NCBI GenBank assembly: GCA_038087875.1
Contig: CM075989.1
Location: 22,012,001 to 22,076,000, forward strand
From: Malacoraja senta
Taxonomy: Eukaryota
DNA length: 64,000 nt
Direction of reading: 5' to 3'
In this document: piece by piece, positions 11,926 through 24,447 of the stretch
How the letters are laid out: every line of letters starts with the position of its first letter
Numbering within the stretch: position 1 is the first letter of the stretch
Position numbers and translations under genes: made by a program
The notes under the pieces: generated by a model
What the model was told of the DNA's origin: nothing
The model's database searches: none
The model's input: only the letters and a program-made list of their open reading frames with translations

Positions 11926-13611
11926 CTCTCTTCTACTGCCCAGTTGTGCAAACACAAAGAGTGGTCAAACAAATGACTAAAATCTATAGTTGGTAATCTT
12001 TACATACATAGTATGTCCAACGTTGAACAGAACCTCCTTTCAGAAAGAACACACTGAGGAATTCTTCAAATTATTTGCTCTTAAATTACATTTTGTGGAT
12101 CTGACAGCTATTTCAGAAGAAATCTACTGTACAGGTGTCTTATATGGGCATATGAGTAAATTGTCCTCAGAAAAATTGTATACACTTTAGTTAAATGTAC
12201 TTCCTAATATGCACTTCAAATGCTTTTAAGACCAATAATTCAAGACTATTTTAGAATTAACCTAATGCTTTACTGATGTGACGGTAGAGTTTAATGCATT
12301 GGGGTTTTTTGGGAGAAAAAAGTGCATTAAAATCACATCTCTCTCTTCATTTCCATTAGGAGAATATGAAAAAGCCTTAAACGAAACACACATAACTCGT
12401 CTCTAATGCAGCTTAAAGTAGATATTTAAGAGCTCTCACTCAGAAGGCAATTGTAACATTTGAAAAGCTATTCCAGTTTTTGGCAGCTGTCTTTTGTCGG
12501 AGTCCATGGAAGTCATTGTGAAGCAGTAAAATTGATCTTTGGAGCCACAGCTACCCAGAACATGTTTAATGGTCTCTTAGTCTGTTAACAAGGGGTTTTC
12601 TGGAAGTTTTTAATTTCCAAATGCAGTCTTGAGTAGGTCACTAATGTGATCCACAATATCTACTGGCAAGATAACATCATAAATCAAAGTGGACTAAATG
12701 TGCTAGACAGACGCTGGGGTTTTTTTCACAAATGATTTTGAGAAGTGTCTGCATTAAAATTAATTAATGTTACACATGGCCTTGTGCTTCAGCTCAAACA
12801 AAAGTTGTTGTTTTTTTCCGGCTTGTCCAAGGCGAGTGAGAAAAACAGAGGGGGGAATATATTGACGGGAAGCAAAGGCGATGAAGAAGGATGGTGAGGT
12901 ATTGATATCGTCGAGGTGAGAGAGGTGAGAAGGAGGAAAGCAAAATACATGTTGACATGCGGTGAAATATGACTCATTATCAAATTCACGTTTAGACCCG
13001 TATTGGTGCAGGGACTCCATCCGTCACTGCATCACCCTGCTCCTAATGAGCCCTCATTGAATATTCATTCTACTGGAGCATGGCTACACACACCCTAGGC
13101 TAATTCCTGGTAAATATCTCCACCTCAATCCTCGACTCTGCCCGACTGACTTTTTGTTATGTCACAGCAATTACAGTGCAAAAGTGTTGCGAAAGATTGA
13201 TTACTTTGGTCTGTGGTTCAATAGTAAATTAGAATACACTGCCCCTGGGGAAACAGAGACCTATTTGTGATTAAGAAAAGCTCTATAATAGACTAATAGA
13301 TAAAGTTCTTTCACTACTTTCAGGCAATTAGCTTGATGAAATGGCCTTTTTGTGCTTCCTGGATATGTAAACTGATACTGTAATGAAGTGCAAGATGTTT
13401 ATTCCGCCTTTTCACCTTACAATACAAGAAAACACTTCATTAATGCTCGCTTGATTTTCAAATTAGATAAGGAGAGATGCAGTTTTACGACCCACATTAG
13501 TTCTTTTAAGAGGATGGTATCTTTGTGGAATCTCTCAGATCTGACGCAAAATGGTATTGCGTTGCTGACAAGTTTAAAACATTTGATAGAAACATTTAAA
13601 GAGGCTGATAA

Positions 13612-14035
13612 TGTGGTGTCGTAGTTGGTGGAGCCATTGCCTTACAGCGCCGGAGACACGGGTTCAACCCTAGACTCGGGTGCTGTCTGTGCGGAGTTTG
13701 CACGATTTTCCTGTGACCGCGTGGGCTTCCTCCGAGCGCTCCGGCTTCCACCCACATCCCAAAATACGTATGGGTTTGTAGATTAGATTAGATTAGATTC
13801 GATTTTATTACTTGTCATTTGAACCTCAGAGGTTGTAGGTCTGTAAATTGCCTCCAATGTGTCGGGAGTGACTGCGAATGTAGGATAACGTAGAACTAGT
13901 GTGAACGATGATGGACGCAAAAAGCTGGAGTAACTCAGACAGCATCTCGAGAGAAAAAGAATCGGTGACGTTTCGGGTCGAGATGGTTGGTGTGGACGCG
14001 GTGGGGTGAAGGGCCTGTTTCCAATCTGCATCTTT
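13612..14035 (+). mobile_element. HE1-like V-SINE with two insertions, including a Penelope end at ~13912-13983
   Basis: head, V-domain and tail present but interrupted. Confidence 0.8.
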
Positions 14036-14119
14036 CAATCAAGCAGGCAACCAATGTCACTGCAAAATGTTGACTTCTGGCCAAATTCCTCGAGTTCACA
14101 ATATTGTAGTTGCTTGAGA

Positions 14120-14500
14120 GGGGATCTACCACAGCCGCTGCCTCAAAAAGGCTGCAGCATCATCAAGGACCCACACTATCCTGGTCACACACTCATCTCT
14201 CCGCTGCCTTCAGGTAGAAGGTACAGGAGCCTGAAATCTGCAACATCCAGGTTCAGGAACAGCTACTTCCCCACAGCCATCAGAGTACTAAACTCAACTC
14301 AAACAAAAATCTGAACTTTAATAGCCTATTGCACTTTATATGCTTATTTATGTGTGCATATATACATTCAATGGTATCTGGACACACTGATCTCTTCTGT
14401 ATTTATTTATGCCTGTAATATTCTGTTGTGCTGAAGCAAAGCAAGAATTTCATTGTCCTATCTGGGACACATGACAATAAACTCTCTTGACTTGACTTAA
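14120..14500 (+). mobile_element. Rex1/Babar LINE ORF C-terminus plus 3' UTR
   Basis: SIIKDPHYPGHTLISPLPSGRRYRSLKSATSRFRNSYFPTAIRVLN; tail (CTTGA)n. Confidence 0.9.
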
Positions 14501-14694
14501 CTTTGAGGTGCAAAGGGACAGAAACTTGTTCTCAGTTGCATATCGTGTCGTTGAGTTACTCCAGCTTTTTGTGCCTATCTATAGAATTAATGCAAGCAAT
14601 AAGACAATAAGAACAATGCCCTATTTAATGTTAACAACAGATGAATAATGTTAATAGTAACTTTGTTATCTGGCTATATTGGTTGACATCAATG

Positions 14695-14892
14695 TAATAA
14701 AACGGAACTGCAGATGCTAGTTTATACCAAAGATAGACACAAAATGTTAAAGTAACTCAACAGGGTCGGGCACCCTCTCTGGAGAAAATGGATGGGTGAC
14801 ATTTCGGGTCTGAAGAAGGGTTCCGACCTGAAACGTCAGCTATCCATTTTCTCCAGACACGCTGAGTTACTCCAGCACTTTGTATATATCTT
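14695..14892. mobile_element. fold-back Penelope-like mini-element
   Basis: inverted arms around tctgaagaagggttccgacctgaaacgtc. Confidence 0.8.
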
Positions 14893-15099
14893 TGGTTGGT
14901 ATCAACTTGAATTCTGGAAGACTTCCTTTTAAATTGTACTGTTTACAACCTGTTCCTTTATATTGCACTTCTGGTTAATAATGTACCAACCAGATGTGCC
15001 ATAAAAACAACATATATTTATACTTGTGCAATAATTCTCACACAAAATACACCTCCAGTTATATAGCACCACTCAGTCTGAGCTTGAACCCTGACCAGA

Positions 15100-16772
15100 A
15101 TCATCATCTCTCCATTCCCTCCACAGATGCTGCCTGACCTGCTGAGTTCCTCCAGCACTTTGTGTTTCACTCAAGATTCCAGTTCCTGGTGGCTCTAGTG
15201 CTCAGGAACCTCTGCATTGTTCCAAAGTGCTTTTGGTAAATGAATACCTTTGATGTGCCATCATTGTGGGAATGTCGAAAAGCAAGTCAATCATACATTT
15301 CTGGACATATTCAAGGGATTTTGCTTCCACGAGGCTTGCATGATTATCCATTCACACTAAGAAGGGAATTAGTGAATGGTGCACACCTGAATTACCTATA
15401 GATACCTGTGTCTGCTTAACCCTAACCCAGGAATTGAGGGAAGGGAAAGTTGACAATTTGAAGAAGGGTCCAGACCCAAAACATCACCTGTCCATTCTCT
15501 CCACAGATGTTGCTTGACCCACCGAGTTCCTCCAGCACCTTGTGTAGGAAAGAACTGCAGATGCTGGTTTAAATCGAAGATAGACACAAAATGCTGGAGT
15601 AACTCAGCGGGACAGGCAGCATCGCTGGAGAAAAGGAATGGGTGACGTTTCTGGTCGAGAGCCTTCTTCAGACACAGGTGATGTTTTGGGTCATAAATTC
15701 TACAAAGTCTGAAGAAGGGTCTCGACCAGAAATGTCGCCCATTCCTTTTCTCCAGAGATGCTGCCTGTCCCACTGAGTTACTCCAGCATTTTGTGTCTAC
15801 TTCCTCCAGCACCTTGATGTTTTTCTCAAGATTCCAGCATCCACAGTTTCTTGATTCTACAGTTAACAATTTAATCAGTTGTACGAAAGACATTGGCCTA
15901 GAACCTTTATCAATTCCAGCATCCATTAATGTGAGCAAAAGGGACAAAAATTACAGTTCGATGTACATAACAGGAGAAACAACGAACAGCAGATGCTGGT
16001 TGACCAAGAAAAGGCACCAAATGCTGGATTTAGCATTTAACAACTTAACGGGTTAGTTCAACAAAGGTTTCATGGGTTCTTCTTCACAGCACGATGTCCT
16101 TAATGGGGTTCAGAGATATCTTGTATCCATCACCAACCTAGAGAAGGGTTTCCATCCTAAAAACGTCATCCATTCCTTCTCTCCAGAGATGCTGCCTGTC
16201 CCGTAGAGTTACTCCAGCATTTTGTGTCTGACTTCAACCTACCCAGACATCCTCTACCAATACATTTAGAAGCCAGTGGATGGAAACAGCTGTGAAGGTC
16301 AATGTCAGGACCTGAGACCCAGGAGATCAATGGTCTCTCAAAGGTAATGTTAATCAATATATCCTTAAATACTAACACGCTCCACTCCAGCCCAAAGTAC
16401 ACCACTAATCAATCACCACATGCCCATCACTTGGTTGAAACAACAACATGGTGCTTAAGTTAAGACACAAAGTGCTGGAGTAACTCAGTGGACCAGGCAG
16501 CATCCTTGGAGAGCATGGATTGGTGACATTTTGGGTTGGGACTGATGAAGGTCCCAACCCAAAACAACCTGACAGATGAAAAAGCTCATTTTCATTTCTT
16601 CCTGCCATATCCATCTGATGGCCTTTCTTCAAGAGAGTCATATATATCAGTCTGAAGAAGGGTCCCAACCCGAAACATCAGTTATTCATGTTCTCCAGGG
16701 ATGCTGCCTGAGTTACTCCAGCATTTTGTGTCTTTCCTTGGTAGACCAGCATCTGCAGATGCTTGTATCTAC
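15100..16772. mobile_element. dense cluster of Penelope-like 3' ends in both orientations, partly nested
   Basis: repeated gatgctgcctg..c.gctgagttactccagca and its reverse complement, interspersed with short unique stretches. Confidence 0.75.
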
Positions 16773-17336
16773 ATGGCGCTTATGTTCCTGAACAGGCACA
16801 TAAATCCTTTAGCTGGTGATCCAGAGATATGTTCAGCTCCTGCCACAGCACCTGTAAAGCTTAAATTAAAGCAGATAAATACGTCTAGAATTAAAGTTGG
16901 TATCAATAATGAAATGACTGGATCGTTTTAACCAGCTGTGTTGTTTTGTTAATGCCCACCTGGGAATTAATCTACTGGTCTAAACGTCACTTTTACCCAT
17001 GTGGCTGAACACTTAGAAATCTCTAAAATGGCCAAGCAAGCCACAAATTTCAGGGGCTAATCAGAATCGGAGTAGGAACTAAATACTCATTCATTTCTCC
17101 ACAGAATGGAGGGTAAAAATATAAAAACAAAGCTAACTAACTTCTTAAAATTTACTAAGCTTTAGTTTTATGTTTTTTAATTTATTAAATGTTTAGTTTA
17201 GATTAGTTTCTTATTGCCAGGTATAATGAGGTACAGTAAAAGGCTGCTTGATGCGTGCATGTATAGAACAATAGAGCTTCTCTTTGTACCTCGGTAAACG
17301 TGGTAATATTAAGACACTAAACTAAACTAAACATAT

Positions 17337-17560
17337 TGTGTAGGAAGGAACTGCAGATGCTGGTTGAAACCGAAGATAGACACTAAAATCTGGAGAAACT
17401 CAACAGGACATGCAGCGTCTCAGGAGAGAAGGAACGGGTGACGTTTCGGGTCAAGACCTTTCTTCAGTCTGAAGAAGGGTCTCAATCTGGAAAGTCACCC
17501 ATTCCTTCTCTCCAGAGATGCTGCCTGTCCTGCCGAGTTACTCCAGCATTTTGTGTCTAC
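17337..17560. mobile_element. fold-back Penelope-like mini-element, centre at 17468
   Basis: ~90-bp inverted arms around tcttcag-t-ctgaaga. Confidence 0.88.
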
Positions 17561-17689
17561 TAGTAGTGGAATATTGTTTCTTGGGCTGAAAGAAAGCACA
17601 CTGTGGAGGTTCCCTAGAAGTCATCACCAAGCCAACAGCTTGGTTTTAATACACAGTGAAGATTAGGACTTGCTTGTTCAAGGCACATT

Positions 17690-19335
17690 TCCCATATTTG
17701 TTGCTGACACAAACTTAGAAGCACATTGAGCGTTGAGGAGGACAGTAATAGTATTCAAGGAGAAATTAACAGACTGGTGAACCTGTGTAGATGAATGAAG
17801 ATGAAATTTAAATCATCGAATGGCACCTGGTTGAAAGAATACCGTGAAGAATTATAAGCTAGAAAGCACAGTTCTAAATGATTTGCAGCACCAGAGATAC
17901 CTGGTGTTATATGAGCACAATGAAAGTGTCAGTACAGGTTAAAAAAATGATTTTTAAAAAACATACTCGATCTTGGGCTTTTTCAATCTGACAAAGAGAT
18001 TTTGACCTGAAAAGTTAATTCTGTTTCTCTTTCCAAAGATGCTGCCTGACCCATTGACTGTGTCCAGACTTATTTGTTTTTGTTTTATAAATAGAGCATC
18101 GAGTGCAAGAGCAAGAAAGTCATGATGATACATTATAAAACATTGGTTCAGACATCTGGACACTACACATTAGTTAAGATGTGGAAGCTTTGCTGTGAGT
18201 GTACAATAGACTTATCAAAACGATTCCAAAATGATTTTTTTTAACATTTGTTCTTTGTACATTTTCATACCTCTAGTTTCCCCTTCTCCTGATTCTCAGC
18301 CTGAAGAAAGGTCTCGACTCAAAACATCACCTATTGCCTTTTTCCAGAGAAACTGCCTGCCCCATTAAGTAACATTTTGTGCCTATTCTCGGGATGAGGT
18401 GTTTTAGACTTTACAGAGAGATTTAGATGTTAGAGATACAGCACGAAAACAGGCCCTTCAGCCCACCAGATCCACGCTGACCAGCGGTCACCTCGTACAC
18501 TAGCACTAACTACACACACTATGGACAATTTACAATCTTTTACCGAAGCCAATTTACCTACAAGCCTGTACGTTTTAGGAGTGTGGGAGGAAACCGGAGC
18601 TCCCGTAGAAAACCCACGCAGTCACATGGAGAAAGTACATACTCCGTACAGACAGCACCCGTGGTCAGGATTGAACCCGGGTCACTGGCGCTGTGAGGCA
18701 GCAACTCTACCGCTGCGCCACTGTGCCGCCCATTACTTATGTGGATAGAATGCAGAAGCTGAGGATGTTCTCCTTGGACTAGAGCAAGTTGTGAGGAGAA
18801 TTAATAGAAGTATTTAATTTCACAAAATGTACGGACAGAAGAGGTAGACAAAGCCTTTCACTTTAGTGGGGGAATTTAAAAAAAGATGATGAATAAAAGT
18901 GTTTGGCAAAACGATTCAAAAGAAAAATGATTCTACACAATTAAAGGTTAAAATCTGCAATGTTCTGACAGTAGTGAAAGCAGTTTTAATTGCATATTAT
19001 TCCATCTTTCCTTGTGACATATGAGGCGACGTTTTGGCCCATTGAGTCTATGGCAACTCACAAAGCAATCTCATTCTCCCACTAATTTTCCCTTTAACCT
19101 ATCTGCCGCACATTCCCATCCATTCCACCACCCACCTAAACTGAGGGCAATTTGCAGGCCGATTAATCGACCTATTCCCATGTACAAAAGGAGCTGAATA
19201 AGTGTCTGAAAGAAAAGATTTTACAAGGCAAGGGGGAAAGACCAGGAGAATGGGGCCAGCTGGGATTCACATAGATAGAGTGAGGATTCAGTGGACCGAA
19301 CAGTCTGTTACTGTCCTGCAATGATGCTATTATTC
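17690..19335 (+). mobile_element. old degraded CR1 reverse-transcriptase region fragmented by younger Penelope and SINE insertions
   Basis: degenerate ADxTKL...EEDS..IQGEINRL...MKF and later CR1 3' motifs. Confidence 0.6.
18405..18731 (-). mobile_element. HE1-like V-SINE
   Basis: full head, V-domain and tail on reverse strand. Confidence 0.9.
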
Positions 19336-19630
19336 TATGAGTTGCACCACTTTATAGTGAGGTTGGTGTTTGAGAACTTACGTCACTTCCTGATGGCTCA
19401 GTGCTCTCATACCATCATAGAGACACTTCTGTGTTGTATAGTCCAACATCTGTGAATGCTCTTTACTGTTGAGGGGTTGCCTCAAAGAAGGCTTCACTCC
19501 AATCCATTCTGTCCCACAAAGAAAAGTCATGCAAGAGCCACTGATAAATCCAAAAAAAGGAATTCAGAAGAAACCTCTTCAGCCAGAGTGTCTGGAATGT
19601 GGATTTTGCACAAAAGGAAAACGAGACAAA

Positions 19631-19926
19631 TAGTTTAGTTTTAGTTTATTTGGAGATCCACCGAGTCCTCGCCGACCAGCAATCCCCGCACATTAACACT
19701 ATCCTACACACACCATGGACATTTTACAATTTCACCAAGCCAATTAACCTACAAGCCTGTACGTCCTTGGAGAGTGGGAGGAAACCGGAGCTCCTGGAGA
19801 AAACCCACGCAGGTCACGGGGTGAAACGTACAAACGCCGTTCAGACAGCACCCAGGTGGTCAGGATCGAACCCAGATCTCTGGCGCTGTAAGATAGCAAC
19901 TGTACCACTGCGCCGCCATGCCGCCC
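19631..19926 (-). mobile_element. HE1-like V-SINE
   Basis: head, V-domain and (TTTAG)n tail on reverse strand. Confidence 0.9.
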
Positions 19927-20359
19927 AAATAGCACAGACACTTAAAGGGATAGCAGGCGAGAAAGAAAGTGATAGATCGGGTCGGTTGCGGAGGGGTGAG
20001 AGGAGTCGTACCAAATGGCTGGTTACTCTGCTGTGCATTTTATTTAGTAGTTTTTTTTAAGAGAAACCTGCCGGCCTCTTCAGTAAATCTTCGTCTGCTC
20101 CTTTGCTCACTTGCTGTGCACTTCACAGATGGATTTGCAAAGCATAAGTGTTTATTGCTGATTAAGTGGCTTGTTTGATGCCTAAAGAGGGCTCAGCAGC
20201 ATTATTACAGGTGCCGTCTAATTGCTTATCAGTTGCAAGTGCATTCCAAATGACATCAATCTTGCAAAAATATCACTTTTCAAAGTCATGCCTTTGCAGC
20301 AGAATAAAAGCACAGTTTATCATATTTTCTGTATTCAGTGAGACTTTCTTCACCATCAT

Positions 20360-20510
20360 CTCACTGTGGCAAAAGTTGGCGATACACTTGCTTCTAAGCC
20401 ACAAGGTTGTAGGTTCAAGTGCTGCTCCACAGACTGCTGATGGACCTGTGGAATATTGAGGAACTTCTGCACTATCCACGGTGCATCTTTCAGGTGGATA
20501 AGTGAAGGCC
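20360..20510 (+). mobile_element. ancient SacSINE1/DeuSINE-like 5' fragment
   Basis: acacttgcttctaagccacaaggttgtaggttcaag...tgaggaacttctgcact...ggtgcatctttcaggtg resembles the tRNA head and Deu-domain start (from recall). Confidence 0.55.
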
Positions 20511-20545
20511 TGGTGACAATGAAAGATTGAATCACAAAGTGCTGA

Positions 20546-20870
20546 GTTAGCTTAGTTTAGTTTTAGAGATACTGCACAGAAACAGACCCTTCGTTCCACC
20601 GAGTCCGCCCCAACCAGCGATCCCCGCACATTAATGATACCCTACACGCACTTGGGATAGTTTACACATACATCAAGCCAAAAGACCTACAGACCTGTAT
20701 GTTTTGGGGATGTGGGAAGAAACCGAAGACTTAGGAGAAAACCCATGCGGGTCATGGGGAGAATATACAAACGGTGTACAAACATCACCCGTAGTGGGAA
20801 TCGAACCCGTTCTCCGGCACCGCAAGAGCTGAAAGGCAGCAACTCTAACGCTGTGCCACCGTGCCGCCCA
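20546..20870 (-). mobile_element. HE1-like V-SINE
   Basis: head, V-domain and tail on reverse strand. Confidence 0.88.
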
Positions 20871-21024
20871 TAAGTTTGCTTAGAAGGTCAGGCAGCATCC
20901 CTCAATGTCAAGGACCCAGAGTCCTCTTCATTGATGTGACCAAGAATGTGAAGTTACTTTCAATAACTGGTATCAGTTTTATTAAAGGTTTACGTTAGTT
21001 TAGATTAGTTTTGTTTAGTTTATG

Positions 21025-21474
21025 CTCATAAGTTCTTGGAGAAGAATTAGGCCATTCAGCCCATCAGGTCTACTCCACCATTTAATCATGGCTGATCTAC
21101 CTTCCCCTCTCAACCCCATTCTCCTACCTTCTCCCCTTAACCTCTAACACCCGTACTAATCAAGAATCTGTCAATCTCTGCCTTAAAAATTATCCACTGA
21201 CGGCCTCCACAGCCTTCTGTGGCAAAGAATTCCACAGATTCACCACCCTCTGACTAAAGAAATTCCATCCCATCTCCTTTCTAAAGGTACGTCCTTTTTT
21301 TCTGAGACTATGGCCTCTGGTCCTAGACTCTCTTACTAGTGAAAATATCCTCTCCACATCACTCTATCCAGACCTTTCACTATTTGGTAAGGTGAGGTCT
21401 GCCCTTATCCTAAAATCCAATGCTTGATGCCTTCAAACGCTCATCATATATTAACCCAATCATTCCTGGGATCA
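21025..21474 (-). mobile_element. CR1 3' end (subfamily A) flanked by (TTTAG)n on both sides
   Basis: paralog of 39920-40388 and 51280-51631. Confidence 0.88.
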
Positions 21475-21555
21475 TTTAGTTTAGTTTAATTTAGTTCAGT
21501 TTAGTTTAGCTCTCATTTACTGAATATAAATGATAGTCTCCCATTGTAGCAGAAA

Positions 21556-21825
21556 GTTTAGTTCAGTTTAGTTCATTATTGTCACATGTAACGATGTATA
21601 GTGAAAAGCTTTTTTGTTGCATGCTATCCAGTTAGCAGAAAGACTAAATGATTACAATCGAGCCATCCCCAGTGTACAGATAGAGGATAAAGGGAATAAT
21701 GTTTAGTGCAAAACAAAGGCCAGTAAAGTCCAATTAAAGATAGTCTGAAGGTCTCCAGTGAGGTACAGTAGATGGGAGGTCAGGACCGCTCTATAATCGG
21801 TGATAGGACGGTTATGTTGCCTGTT
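21556..21825 (-). mobile_element. Rex1/Babar-type 3' UTR (family 2)
   Basis: paralog of 28255-28510. Confidence 0.75.
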
Positions 21826-22439
21826 AACTTGCTTCTGCTGGTTAACAGACTGCAATTGTCAGTGCAAGGTGTAACTCTCAGACCTGCAATCCTAACTCCG
21901 CCACATTGCAGCAATTGGGTTGTTTTAAGGTCTATCTCTCTTTTGTCTTTAAAACTATTTGAGCAGCATAACTGGTTCATGAGAAGCATTCAATTAATGT
22001 TGCCCAGTAACACATTTCAATCCCAAAGGTTACTTTCAATGTCACTATCGAAACACTCAGTTCAACATTTTTAAGTCCTAATTATGCCGCAATTTGACAT
22101 CAGTGATACCACACCAGCACCAAATATTTGATAATACATTGGCAACTTGACATGAGAGGAGAATCTACCACCGATAGTGATTGTATTTCCCAGTCAGTTG
22201 TCACTGTTTAAGTTAAATCACCTAAACGTAAATAAATAGAAATCTGGCAGACAATTGTATTACATTTAAATTTTAAGTGCTGAATAATTAGATCACCTCT
22301 GTTAAGAAATCGTACTGGCAGATGGAGCTGATCTCTGTTATTTAATCATAGATTCCTTCATTTCAAAAGAGTGATATCATAGTAACTCCTAACAGAGACT
22401 GTTCCCTGAAAGCTCCTTAAGTGTGACATTGATAGATTC

Positions 22440-22924
22440 AAAGGTAGACAAAAATGCTGGAGAAACTCAGCGGGTGAGGCAGCATCTATGGAGCGAAGGA
22501 ATAGATGACGTTTCCGGTTGAGATCCTTCTTCAGACTGGGTGGGGGGCGGGGGGGCGGGAAGAAGAAAGGAAGAGGCGGAGACAATGGGCTGTGAGAGAG
22601 CTGGGAAGGGGAGGGGAAATAGGGAGAAAGCAAGGACTACCTGAAATTGGAGAAGTCAATGTTCATACCGCTGGGGTGTAAACTACCCAAGCAAAATATG
22701 AGGTGCTGCTCCTCCAATTTACGGTGGGACTCACTCTGGCCATGGAGGAGGCCCAGTCGGTCAGGCAGGAATCTCTGGAGAGAAGGAATAAGTGACATTT
22801 CGGGTCGAGACCCTTCCTCAGACCCAAAACGTCACCTATCCTTTGTCTTCAGAGAAGCTAAGTTACTCCAGCATTTTGCGTCTACCTTCAGTTTAAACCT
22901 GCATCTGCAGTTCCTTCCTACACA
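22440..22924 (-). mobile_element. Penelope-like element 3' end (GIY-YIG C-terminus, UTR, hammerhead-like core) plus adjacent fold-back fragment (22757-22924)
   Basis: minus strand ~22635-22756 encodes LGLLHGQSESHRKLEEQHLIFCLGSLHPSGMNIDFSNFR, a typical Penelope GIY-YIG end. Confidence 0.88.
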
Positions 22925-23729
22925 TTGACAGAATCAACACAGCTAAAGATTTCTGCAAGTTCTCCCGCTCTGTAAACCAGTGAAGGATTGTTTATTAATA
23001 GGCAGGCAATAATATAAATGTGTTTTTTTTGGTTCAGGATGATTGTAATTATATTGTGGTTATGGAAAGTTTGTGCCTGTCAGAGTGTGTTTGAGTAAAA
23101 TTACATAGAAACCTATGTCCAAATGAAAGAAGTGAGATTAAAATCAAAGGTTTTCAGAATATATTTATTGTTCAATATATTTTATATTTATACTCTAGCA
23201 CTAGATATTTTTACATACAGCCAACATGTTGCACATGTGTTTCTGTAATGATGTGCTATATATACATATGTGAAATAATGCTGAATATTTTCTCATAATT
23301 GTCGTTATTAAAGCATAAAGGAAATATTTATATGTTATGAAAGTTAACATCTGGAGAACAAATGGGCAGGAAAGTTTAGACAATAGCACCCTGAACTCTG
23401 AGCCAGATGTTTACAGATCCAAGATCCATCCAGGTCTTTACCTCAAAATGAAGGGTGACTGTTCATAGTGAATGGTGGAGCCCTGGATACTTCTAATACT
23501 TGGGCTTGTGAAGACTTCAACAAGTATTGTAGAGCAGATGGATTTAGGCATACAGGTACATAGTTCCCTGAAAGTGGTGTCGCAAGTAGATAGAACGAAG
23601 AGGGTGATCAAGAAGGTGTTTGATGTCTCCTCCCGTGATCATTAATGATATTTAACCCCACTCATAAAAGAAAGGCTTTTGATTATTTGCCCTTTGCAGA
23701 AGAGTCCCAATCCAAAATATCATGTCCAT

Positions 23730-23897
23730 AATTTTGTAAGTCATAGAAGCAGAATTAGGCCATTCAGCCCATTAAGTCTACTATACCATTCAATCATGGC
23801 TGACCTATCTTTCCCTCCTAACCCCATTCTCCTGCCTTCTCGTCATAACCCCTGACACCTGTACTAATCAAGAATCTATCAATTTCCGCCTTGGAAA
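23730..23897 (-). mobile_element. CR1 3' end (subfamily A)
   Basis: conserved tail on reverse strand. Confidence 0.85.
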
Positions 23898-23904
23898 TAC
23901 TCAT

Positions 23905-24447
23905 ACTGGGTGGACGGTGACAGGGAGAAGTGGAAAGAGAGGGTTTAAAGGGAAATGTGTAGCTAGGCGGTGGGAATGAGAGTGCGGGGGAGGGGAAAGG
24001 ACTTGGGTGATGAGAGATTGTGGGAGAAATGCCTGCACACAGGGGTGGGGATGGGATGCAGGGGGGAAAGATGGGGCAAGGGGGGGGAGTTACTTGAAAT
24101 TGGAGAATTCAATGATCATACCTTGTGTTGCAAACCACTCAAGCATAAAACGATGCGCTGTTCTTCCAGTTTGCATGTGGGCTCACTATGACAATAGCAG
24201 AGGCCGTGGACAGAAAGGACGATATGGGAATGGGAAGAGGAGTTAAAATGGTTGGCAACCGGGAGATCAAGCAGGCCATGGCAGGCAGAGCGCGTGTTCA
24301 TCGAAACGATCGCCTAATCCCCTCTTGGTCTTGTGTACAGGAGGCTACATCGGAAGCAATAGGCAAGTTGGAAGGGGTGCAAGTCAACCTCTGTCTCATC
24401 TGGATGTGCTGCTGGGGTTCCTGAATGGAAGTGAGAGAGGAGGTGTA
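23905..24447 (-). pseudogene. degraded Penelope-like GIY-YIG endonuclease domain plus 3' UTR
   Basis: frameshifted pieces LAYCFRCSLLY and LPVANHFNSSSHSH..LSVHGLCYCHSEPTCKLEEQRI. Confidence 0.85.

Noticed and set aside
15396..15947. Longest ORF in the track (183 aa)
   Set aside because: Runs through several non-coding Penelope 3' ends in both orientations; no protein motif.
15100..17560. Recurrent palindromic repeats separated by unique sequence, superficially CRISPR-like
   Set aside because: Irregular spacing, both orientations, ~130-bp units linked to a Penelope ORF; eukaryotic context, no cas genes.
19599..20060. 153-aa ORF
   Set aside because: Mostly antisense read-through of a V-SINE; similar peptides recur at other SINE copies.
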